Origin: an uncultured Parachlamydiaceae bacterium | Lineage (GTDB): Bacteria; Chlamydiota; Chlamydiia; Chlamydiales; Parachlamydiaceae | Length of the DNA: 64,000 nucleotides | Direction: 5' to 3' | NCBI GenBank assembly: GCA_963742415.1 | Contig: CAVULX010000004.1 | Location: 256,001 to 320,000 of the forward strand | Shown here: one piece after another, positions 10,096 to 18,133 of the stretch | Layout: every line of letters begins with the position of its first letter | Position numbering within the stretch: the stretch's first letter is position 1 | Translations under genes and position numbers: made by a program | The notes under the pieces: generated by a model | Told to the model about the DNA's origin: nothing | Databases searched by the model: none | What the model saw: the letters and a program-made list of their open reading frames with translations, nothing else

Positions 10096-10254
10096 ATTAT
10101 CTCGTATAAGTTACAAATTTTTAAATAGCTCAGAATGGGAGCCAAATAATAAATGTTATCACCCAAATAGAATTATAGGCAATCTTAACACTAAACTGGC
10201 AAATAAAGGTTTGTTCGTCATTCCCTTCATTCAGAATCATGCAAATATTTGGAA

Positions 10255-10491
10255 AAACAGACTCGAAATGTGCTTTGCCTAAAAACTTTAGTCTCGACAC
10301 ACTTCAGCCTTTAAAATTACCACAGAGCTCACAGAGAACACAGAGAGTGGTCTTATGAATTATTTAATTAATCCAGACATGTCTGATGAAGAAACACCCT
10401 CTCTGTGTTCTCTGTGAGCTCTGTGGTAATTTTAAAGGCTGAAGTGTGTCGAGACTAAAGTTTTTAGGCAAAGCACATTTCGAGTCTGTTT
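10255..10491. repeat. Perfect 93-bp inverted repeat with 51-bp spacer
   Basis: 10255-10347 is the exact reverse complement of 10399-10491; the inner ends carry CACAGAGnn units. Confidence 0.95.
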
Positions 10492-10579
10492 AAAAGATTT
10501 TGAACAGGTTCTAAGTTGATAAAGGAGGCACAATTATGCTACGATGCCGTAGAGGTGAGATGAATCTAATGTTAAGCCT

Positions 10580-11149
10580 ATGAAGATTTATGTGAAAAGG
10601 GATTTTCCTGTATCAAATGTACGCCGGTTTCTTGAGCCTGGCCCCATCGTTTTAGTGAGTTCGGCATGGAAAGATGAGATCAACATAATGACGATGGGAT
10701 GGCATATGATTATGGAGTTTGAGCCATCCTTAGTTGGATGCTATATTTGGACCGAAAATCATAGTTTCAATATGGTGCGAAAAAGTAAAGAATGTGTGAT
10801 TAATATCCCAACGGTTGAAATTGCAACTCAAGTGGTTGGCATTGGCAACTGCTCGGGGCGTGATGTGAATAAGTTTGAAAAATTTAAGCTGACCCCAATT
10901 CAAGGCAAAAAGGTCAAGGCACCGCTTATCAAAGAGTGCTATGCTAATTTCGAGTGCAAGCTCATCGATTCAAGTCTCATTAACAAATACAGTCTTTTTG
11001 TCTTGGAAGTCGTCAAGGCACACGTGGCAGTTTCTCCTAAATTCCCAAAAACAATCCACTATCGGGGCGACGGACTGTTCATGATAGCGGGACCGACAAT
11101 CGCGAAGTATCGCAAATTGTTTAAGCCTGAGATGCTAGACGATCCTTAA
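10580..11149 (+). CDS. Flavin reductase-like FMN-binding protein
   Basis: PGPIVLVSS, NIMTMGWH, GNCSGRDVNKF, APLIKECYANFEC. Confidence 0.88.
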   Translation: MKIYVKRDFPVSNVRRFLEPGPIVLVSSAWKDEINIMTMGWHMIMEFEPSLVGCYIWTENHSFNMVRKSKECVINIPTVEIATQVVGIGNCSGRDVNKFEKFKLTPIQGKKVKAPLIKECYANFECKLIDSSLINKYSLFVLEVVKAHVAVSPKFPKTIHYRGDGLFMIAGPTIAKYRKLFKPEMLDDP

Positions 11150-11204
11150 ATTATGGATCGAGAAGGGGGTCTGGTGGGGGTGATAGATAAATTTTCTGGA
11201 TTCT

Positions 11205-11441
11205 TTATACTAACGCAAGATTTGATGAAATGAGACGTTGCAATTGACTTACTAAATATAGGGGGATTGATAATATTCCGTCATGAAACGATAACGGATG
11301 TTGTGATATACGAATACCACAGGGGGCTTTCTTTTCTGTCAAAAATTGCGCTAAAGATTTAAGAGTACCTGTTGTTCCCGCCTTGACTTCAATAGGAAGG
11401 ATCTTGGATCCTATTTGAATAACAAAATCAACCTCAGCCAT
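11205..11441 (-). pseudogene. C-terminal fragment of an AAA/DUF4143-type ATPase (PD-(D/E)xK tail only)
   Basis: AEVDFVI...PIEVKAG...LKSL...IPLYL; no ATPase domain upstream. Confidence 0.75.
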
Positions 11442-11460
11442 AGAACCGCCTTATCTCGCT

Positions 11461-11661
11461 TTATGGGGGATGTTTTAACACAAAAAGTGCTATTTTATGG
11501 GGGGTGTTTTAACACAAAAAGTGCTATTTTATGGGGGGTGTTTTAACACAAAAAGTGCTATTTTATGGGGGATGTTTTAACACAAAAAGTGCTATTTTAT
11601 GGGGGGTGTTTTAGCAAGAATATGCCATTTTAAGGGAATGTTCCAGCAAAATCTGTATATT
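11461..11661. repeat. 34-bp tandem repeat: four near-perfect copies and two degenerate copies
   Basis: Unit ttatggggg(a/g)tgttttaacacaaaaagtgctatt at 11461, 11495, 11529 and 11563, decaying after 11597. Confidence 0.95.
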
Positions 11662-11702
11662 CGAAATTTACTTTTCTTATTGCACCGTGCCTTGATATAA
11701 AA

Positions 11703-11918
11703 ATGAATTTATCTTACTCTAAAGCAAAAATTTCTCCAGGCACTGAGCTAGATTTTCAAATTGAAGAAGGTGGAATCCTTAAAGTGAGCCTATATGAATC
11801 AAGATGTTTTGAAATTGAAGTGAATGATAAAATCAAAAAGAAGCAAACCTGCTTCCTGGCGTGAAATGAAAAAAGCTATTCGCGATGCTTCTTCCAAAAG
11901 AGCCATGGAATGATCGGC
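11703..11918 (+). pseudogene. Remnant of an AbrB/MazE-fold antitoxin (frameshift plus stop), followed by the first codons of a VapC-like toxin
   Basis: ISPGTELDFQIEEGGILKV in one frame and DVLKLK*MIKSKRSKPASWREMKKAI in another. An ATGA overlap leads into MIG, after which similarity stops. Confidence 0.5.
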
Positions 11919-12025
11919 TGGGCTCAAGTGCCGGGCGCGAAAAAGGGTAAAAAATTAAAAAGTGTTTGAAGGGAAAAGAGGGATAAGCGCACAATTAAAT
12001 CTCACTTTGAGTTTTTTGAGGTTTT

Positions 12026-12727
12026 GTGCAGAGAGAAGCTGTCTATCAAATCAGAGATGTAAAATTTTCCTACAAGCTTGGAACACAATGGATCCAAGCA
12101 TTATCAGGCGTTTCATTGGATGTTCCGGCAGCGAAAGTGATTTGCTTTTCCGGCCCCTCCGGATCAGGAAAAACAACCCTTCTAAATATTTTGGGTCTCA
12201 TCGAACCCATTCAAGAAGGAACCGTGATTTTCTCCGGAGAAGATCTAAGTACCTTAACAGAGTCCCGAAAGAACCATATTCGCAGATATCATATCGGCTT
12301 CATTTTTCAGCAATTCCATTTACTTCCCGTTTTGACCGCCGAGGAAAATGTAGAGTACTTTTTAGTCAGGCAAAAGCTCCCTGCGGATGAACGTCGAGTT
12401 TTAGTTAGAGAATCATTGGAAGCAGTAGGGTTATGGAGCCATCGCCACAAAAAGCCCTTGGAAATGAGCGGTGGCCAAAGGCAGCGGGTAGCTATCGCCC
12501 GGGCCATCGCCAAGCGTCCCAACGTGATCATTGCTGATGAACCTACAGCAAGCCTTGATCAAAAGACCGGACAAGATATCATGGATCTTTTACACCGATT
12601 TACAAAAGAAAGAGAGGTCTCCATTCTAGTCGCGAGCCATGATCTTATGGTTCATCAATATGCCGACCACCACTTCAAAGTCCGCGATGGGCAGCTCTAT
12701 TCCCATTCAGACAAAGGGGAACACTGA
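12026..12727 (+). CDS. ABC transporter ATP-binding protein (LolD/MacB-like)
   Basis: GPSGSGKT, GFIFQQFHL, MSGGQRQRVAIARA, IIADEPT. Confidence 0.95.
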   Translation: MQREAVYQIRDVKFSYKLGTQWIQALSGVSLDVPAAKVICFSGPSGSGKTTLLNILGLIEPIQEGTVIFSGEDLSTLTESRKNHIRRYHIGFIFQQFHLLPVLTAEENVEYFLVRQKLPADERRVLVRESLEAVGLWSHRHKKPLEMSGGQRQRVAIARAIAKRPNVIIADEPTASLDQKTGQDIMDLLHRFTKEREVSILVASHDLMVHQYADHHFKVRDGQLYSHSDKGEH

Positions 12728-13932
12728 TGCTTCTCCTCACAGCTTTCCGCAATTTATTTCGCAACACGCGCCGCACATTGGCTGTGGTTTTGACAGTCGC
12801 TTTTGGCGTGGGAGCTTTATACTGCTTCGATGGGTTTAATGTCGGCATCATGAATCAATATCGAGAGAACACCATCCACTCCCGCTATGGCCATGGCCAG
12901 ATCAATACCCAAGGTTATAGAGACAGAGTTTATGAGAAACCTTGGGAACACTGGATTTCCGATTGGGGAAACCTAAAAACATTCTTGCAACGATTGCCCG
13001 GTGTTCAATATGTCTTTCCACGGGTCAGTTTTTTTGCGCTGTTGACAAACGGAAAAATTACCGTCAGCGGCTTAGGGCAGGGGATTGATGCCCCATCAGA
13101 AGCGGCCTTTTTTACCACTTTGAATGTAGAATCGGGCGTCATCCTATCTGATCAACCCGATGGTGTGATGCTAGGAAGTGGTTTGGCCCGAACGTTAGAT
13201 GTCAAGCCGGGGGATCGGGTGACAATTTTAGCGAATACTATTTATGGAACGATCAATGGGATCGATCTTATTGTCACGGGGATTTTTCACACGGGAACGC
13301 AAGAGTTCGACGACCGGATTTTTCGTTTGCCGCTGCAACAAGCTTTTACTTTGCTTGATACCGACAAAGTGGAAACCGTTTCGTTGGGATTGAAATCGCT
13401 GAAGGATTGGGATCCTGTTGCTAAATCGACTACCAGCGAGTATCCAAACTTGGAGGCGACCCCTTTTGCCGTATTGGACGAGGTGTATTATCAACATTCA
13501 GTCGATTGGCTTAAAGCTCAGTTTGCTGTGATTCAAGTGATTATTCTGACCATTGTTCTTTTGGGGATATTCAATTCGGTTTCCACAGCCATATTGGAAA
13601 GGAAACAGGAAATTGGCAATCTTAGGGCTAACGGGGAATCGGTCATGGATATCCTTAAACTATTAGCTTTAGAAGGGATGACTTTGGGTGTCGTAGGGGC
13701 ATTTTTTGGAATTTTAGGGTCTTTAATTCTCAATTATACTTTGTTGAATCAAGGGATTTTAATGCCTCCTGCGCCAGGATTGACAAGGCAATATCACGTA
13801 TTGGTTGAATTACAGCCCGATATGGCCTTATACTGTTTTATCATGGGTGTCGCTGCCGCTTTAGTCGCCACTTTATTTGCAGGGATCAAAGTGGCTCGAC
13901 TGCCAATAGGGGAAGCGTTGCGATCTGTTTAA
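12727..13932 (+). CDS. ABC transporter permease (LolC/E, FtsX-like)
   Basis: AFRNLFRNTRRT start, large periplasmic loop, ERKQEIGNLRANG, three C-terminal TMs. Confidence 0.92.
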   Translation: MLLLTAFRNLFRNTRRTLAVVLTVAFGVGALYCFDGFNVGIMNQYRENTIHSRYGHGQINTQGYRDRVYEKPWEHWISDWGNLKTFLQRLPGVQYVFPRVSFFALLTNGKITVSGLGQGIDAPSEAAFFTTLNVESGVILSDQPDGVMLGSGLARTLDVKPGDRVTILANTIYGTINGIDLIVTGIFHTGTQEFDDRIFRLPLQQAFTLLDTDKVETVSLGLKSLKDWDPVAKSTTSEYPNLEATPFAVLDEVYYQHSVDWLKAQFAVIQVIILTIVLLGIFNSVSTAILERKQEIGNLRANGESVMDILKLLALEGMTLGVVGAFFGILGSLILNYTLLNQGILMPPAPGLTRQYHVLVELQPDMALYCFIMGVAAALVATLFAGIKVARLPIGEALRSV

Positions 13933-13956
13933 AAAATTCTCCAAAAAGAGGGAAAA

Positions 13957-14694
13957 ATGAAATATTTCACACTGTTGTTCGTCCTTGGATTGAGCTTTTT
14001 ACTGCCTTCTGAAGCCGTGACGGCCTCAGAAGATCCTAAAATATCTGCGAACGAGATCATCAAAAAAGCAGATGCTATCCGGAATCCGGCAGAATCTTAT
14101 TTCCTCGATGTGGAAGTCAAAAGTTCCGATTCCGACCTTCATCAATTCCATGTAGCCATATCCGGTAACGATAAAACACGAATTGAGACTGTTCTTCCCA
14201 AGCGGGACAGGGGGCGAGTGATGCTGATGTTAGGGGAAAATATGTGGGTCTACGTCCCAAACCTTAAAAGAGAGGTACGCGTCAGCCTCAATCAGAAGCT
14301 TACCGGCCAAGCCGCCAATGGGGATATCAGTCGGATGCGGTGGAGTGGAGACTATTCGCCGATGCTTGAATCGGAAGATAGTAAAGAGTGGCAAATTCTT
14401 TTAACAGCCAATAAGAAGGGGCTGACCTATGACAAAATCAGGGTTTGGATCGAAAAAGGGACCTTCCGCCCTTTGCATGCCGAATATTTAACTAATGCAG
14501 GCAAAGTGTTAAAAAATGCGACATATCAGGGGTATGGTCCCATGGCTGGAGCTGAAAGACCCCTTGAAATCAAAATCCAAGATGCGACCAAACCCAGCGA
14601 TGAATCGACCATTATGATCAAGGAGATGAGGGTCAAATCGTTCCCCAACTCGATTTTCAACAAAAGCGAATTAGACTCTCAGCATTTGAATTAA
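13957..14694 (+). CDS. LolA-like outer membrane lipoprotein-sorting protein
   Basis: Signal peptide, IIKKAD, MWVYVP, YDKIRVWIEK; follows the Lol-like ABC genes. Confidence 0.8.
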   Translation: MKYFTLLFVLGLSFLLPSEAVTASEDPKISANEIIKKADAIRNPAESYFLDVEVKSSDSDLHQFHVAISGNDKTRIETVLPKRDRGRVMLMLGENMWVYVPNLKREVRVSLNQKLTGQAANGDISRMRWSGDYSPMLESEDSKEWQILLTANKKGLTYDKIRVWIEKGTFRPLHAEYLTNAGKVLKNATYQGYGPMAGAERPLEIKIQDATKPSDESTIMIKEMRVKSFPNSIFNKSELDSQHLN

Positions 14695-14711
14695 CCTCTA
14701 AAGGAATTTTT

Positions 14712-15809
14712 ATGTCTTCATTAGAAATCAGCGAAAAAGCGGCATTTGACTTTATCCGTTACGCCAGTGTTTGGGAAGATGCCGACATTTTATGCGACGC
14801 TTTAGCTCCTTCTTCAAAAAATGGGCGAATCCTCTCGATCGCATCCTCTGGAGATAATGTGCTTGCTCTATTGACTCTAGATCCTGCCGAGATTGTAGCA
14901 GCTGATTTGAGCGAGGCACAGCTAGCTTGTGTGGAAATAAGGATGGCCGCTTTCAAACTTTTAGATCACCCTGCCATATTGGCTTTTCTGGGTGTCACCC
15001 CTTCAACTTCCCGAATGGAAACATATAAGGCGTTAAGGGAGCACCTTTCCCCTCAGGCTCAAAACTATTGGGACGCCCATTCCAATTCCGTTGAAACCGG
15101 CCTGATCCACGCGGGGAAATTTGAACGGTATCTCCGTCTTTTCGGAACAAAAATTCTCCCTTGGATTGAATCTAAGTGGAAACGAAATGCTCTGCTAAAT
15201 CCAAAAGATCTGAGCGAACAAATCTCCTTCTACGATCATCATTGGGATACTTGGCTGTGGCGCTCATTTTTCAAAGTTTTTTTTAGTCGTACAATCATGG
15301 GGTTCTTGGGCCGCGATCCCTCTTTTTTTGATCATGTCGAAGGTTCTGTTGGAGAAAGAATTTTATCCCGCACACGCCATGCGATGACGGCTCTGCCGAC
15401 GTATAGCAACCCTTATCTTGTCTATATCTTGACTGGGAATTATTTACCCAATGCCTTGCCTCGATATTTAAGGCCGCAATTTAAAGAGGAGATCACTTCC
15501 AGGCTAAATCGGGTGGTGTTATTTCAAGGGCCTATCCAAGCGACAGGCAAAGGAAAATTTAACGGGTATAACCTATCGGACATCTTCGAATATATGAATG
15601 AACAAGAATTTAAATCTTGTTATGAAGAACTTCTCATGCAAGCGGCGCCAAAAGCTAGATTGGCTTATTGGAATATGTTGGTTCCAAGAAAAGTTCCGAA
15701 AGAATTTGAAAATCGTGTACATCCCCTCGAGCATTTGGCGAAAACGCTTCATTATCATGATAAGGCCTGGTTCTATCAAGCCTTTCACGTCGAGGAGGTG
15801 AAAGGATAA
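14712..15809 (+). CDS. DUF3419 / BtaA-like SAM-dependent enzyme
   Basis: IRYASVWED, ILSIASSGDN, GKFERY, LSDIFEYM, YWNMLV. Confidence 0.85.
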   Translation: MSSLEISEKAAFDFIRYASVWEDADILCDALAPSSKNGRILSIASSGDNVLALLTLDPAEIVAADLSEAQLACVEIRMAAFKLLDHPAILAFLGVTPSTSRMETYKALREHLSPQAQNYWDAHSNSVETGLIHAGKFERYLRLFGTKILPWIESKWKRNALLNPKDLSEQISFYDHHWDTWLWRSFFKVFFSRTIMGFLGRDPSFFDHVEGSVGERILSRTRHAMTALPTYSNPYLVYILTGNYLPNALPRYLRPQFKEEITSRLNRVVLFQGPIQATGKGKFNGYNLSDIFEYMNEQEFKSCYEELLMQAAPKARLAYWNMLVPRKVPKEFENRVHPLEHLAKTLHYHDKAWFYQAFHVEEVKG

Positions 15810-15810
15810 T

Positions 15811-17208
15811 ATGGGTGATTTTTTTCCAAATTTGATCTCTTTGCCAATATGGAAAAGCGAACTCTGCCGGCAACTTCTCGTAATCCTTTCTTTTATGGCC
15901 ATTTTTTCTCTCGCAGAGCTTTGGCGCTACCTAGGAGCTCCTTCGGTAGAATGGACGCGCAAGTTTGTCCATCTATCTTGCGGCGTGTTGATTGCCTGCT
16001 TCCATTGGATCTTTGCATCTACCTGGTCCGTTGTCATTCTTGGGGTTCTTTTTGCGGCGGTCATGTTTGTTTCGAGGAAGCTTAAGCTTTTTCCCTCTAT
16101 TTATGGGGTTAAGCGATCCTCTCTAGGGGATATTTATTATCTAATCGCTGTTTTTGTGTTATTTGTCATTTCGTTTGATCTTCCCGTGGTTTACTTTATT
16201 TCAGTGATGACGATGACCGTGTCCGATGCTTTAGCTGCAGTCATGGGAACCACCTACCAGCTCAATGTTTACCGGGTAGAAACCCATAAAAAAAGCTTGG
16301 AAGGGTCGATGGCATTTTTTGTTTCCACCTTCCTAATCGTGCATATCTCATTGCTGCTTATGACCGATATGGACCGTCTGCAAAGCATCATGATTGGGCT
16401 TCAAGTCGCGTTAGTAGTGACTTGCTTCGAAGCCATTTGTCTTAATGGCTTTGACAACATTCTGGTCCCGATTGGCACCTATTACCTTCTCGTTAAACTG
16501 TTGCCGATATCTTCAGAGGTCATTGCTTGGCAGCTTTTAGTGCAGCTTGCCATTTTGTTGATCCTCAATTCTATCGTTTGGAAATTTCAGTTTATGTCGA
16601 TCAGCGGAGCCATTGCAGGGCAATTGTTCTTATTTGGAGCTTATGTCTTTGGAGGCCCCGCTTGGTTTGCTATTTCCCTCCTGTCCCTGGCCATTTTTGT
16701 ATCGGTTTTAGCGGTTTTAATCTATCCACACAAAAGGCCTCCCGATGAAAAAGTCTACCAAGTCATAGCTGCTTTTTACTTTTGCATCGTCCCTACATTG
16801 ATATTTCTTGCCAACAACACTTCAGAACAATACATCCACCTTTCTTTCCACGAGAGTAATCCCCATTACTTTTTTGTCCTGTTTCTTGGAGCCATGGCAG
16901 GTCACACAGCAATCGCCTTATGCAGAATCCTCTGGTTATATTCAAAAAGAATCCGTTTGAATTACCTATGGGTCATTACCATCTCACTCGGATGCTTTTT
17001 TCTTATGGTTCCTTTTGGACTTTGGATTCAGACGGGAAAATTGAATTTGAAGGACGTTTTAGTTGTTTTTTGGATCTTGGCTGTTTCTTGTTTGATCTTC
17101 TATGAATGTTTTAAACGTTATACGAAGTTTCATGAGTTTCCCTGGGAATTTCGGATTCAAGCATTGGCTGTTTTTATCGCCGTTATTTCCATATTGCCGA
17201 TTTATTAG
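15811..17208 (+). CDS. Phytol/dolichol-kinase-like (cytidylyltransferase family) membrane protein with extra C-terminal membrane domain
   Basis: RKFVH, SDALAAVMG, KKSLEGS, GFDNILVP; about 230 further hydrophobic residues. Confidence 0.8.
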   Translation: MGDFFPNLISLPIWKSELCRQLLVILSFMAIFSLAELWRYLGAPSVEWTRKFVHLSCGVLIACFHWIFASTWSVVILGVLFAAVMFVSRKLKLFPSIYGVKRSSLGDIYYLIAVFVLFVISFDLPVVYFISVMTMTVSDALAAVMGTTYQLNVYRVETHKKSLEGSMAFFVSTFLIVHISLLLMTDMDRLQSIMIGLQVALVVTCFEAICLNGFDNILVPIGTYYLLVKLLPISSEVIAWQLLVQLAILLILNSIVWKFQFMSISGAIAGQLFLFGAYVFGGPAWFAISLLSLAIFVSVLAVLIYPHKRPPDEKVYQVIAAFYFCIVPTLIFLANNTSEQYIHLSFHESNPHYFFVLFLGAMAGHTAIALCRILWLYSKRIRLNYLWVITISLGCFFLMVPFGLWIQTGKLNLKDVLVVFWILAVSCLIFYECFKRYTKFHEFPWEFRIQALAVFIAVISILPIY

Positions 17209-17330
17209 ATAATTTAATTTTGTTTATTTAATTGTTTATTATTTAAATAAAAATGCAATCTTTACATTAAATTAAAATTAATATATTATAATTTAATTAT
17301 AAAAATATTAATTTTATTTAGGAGATTGTT

Positions 17331-17675
17331 ATGCAACCTACGCAAAACGGCTTACATACAATAAGTCATGAGCAATTAAGACAAATTGACTATTTTATTG
17401 GTGAGTTTGACTCATTAAAAGAGGAAAACGAAGACTTAAAAAATGAAAATGCTCGATTGAGCAATTATGTAGCTGTATTATCTCAAAATCAGGCCGATCC
17501 AGCCTCGGAAGAAAAGAATCAGGAGCTGCAAAGAAAAGTTAACGACTTAACGCAGGAAATCAATCAAATTAAAGAGGAACAAAAATACAACGAATCGGGT
17601 TTTATCGACCTAGGAATTTGTTCATTTGTTCTATTGACAACTGCAGCTGTTGCCGGCGCTATTATTAATTCTTAA
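17331..17675 (+). CDS. Small coiled-coil protein with C-terminal hydrophobic anchor
   Basis: AGGAG RBS, heptad-rich E/N/Q/L region, C-terminal LGICSFVLLTTAAVAGAII. Confidence 0.75.
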   Translation: MQPTQNGLHTISHEQLRQIDYFIGEFDSLKEENEDLKNENARLSNYVAVLSQNQADPASEEKNQELQRKVNDLTQEINQIKEEQKYNESGFIDLGICSFVLLTTAAVAGAIINS

Positions 17676-17804
17676 TCTTTTTCTCAATTATACAGTAAAA
17701 GTTTGCACACTCTCTATACCTTCGGTGTAAAAGCCAATTTAAACAATTGGCTTTTCTTTTTATACATAATAACGTGTACAACATTGTAGCGAAGGTGAAA
17801 ATTT

Positions 17805-18020
17805 ATGAGAAATGTTCGAATCACTTTAACTTTACCTGAAAATCTAGTTAAAGATTTGCATCTATACATATCCCTTAGACAAATCAGTAAATTTGTGGCC
17901 GAAGTGGTAGAAAAAAGCCTCGAATCGAAAAAGAAAATGCTCGCAAGGGAATTTCGGGAAGCTAGTCAAGATGCCGAAAGAAATGCTGAAATCGAATTAT
18001 GGGACACACTGAGCGATTAG
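17805..18020 (+). CDS. Ribbon-helix-helix (CopG-like) antitoxin-type protein, no toxin partner
   Basis: RITLTLPENL...ISKFVAEVVEKSL and an acidic C-terminus (EIELWD). Confidence 0.65.
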   Translation: MRNVRITLTLPENLVKDLHLYISLRQISKFVAEVVEKSLESKKKMLAREFREASQDAERNAEIELWDTLSD

Positions 18021-18107
18021 ATCATGGTTACTAAAAAACAAATAAAACTATAGACGAACTCATCGACACTGGCTTAGTGAATCTTAAAATTATTCCCCCA
18101 TTTCAAA

Positions 18108-18126
18108 AGTCGATTCCGAATCGACT
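18108..18126 (-). terminator. Hairpin just after the phosphotransferase stop codon
   Basis: agtcgattc-c-gaatcgact, followed by a T run on the minus strand. Confidence 0.5.
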
Positions 18127-18133
18127 CAAAAAC

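Noticed and set aside
11461..11661. CRISPR array
   Set aside because: The 34-bp units are head-to-tail with no unique spacers, and no cas genes occur in the window.
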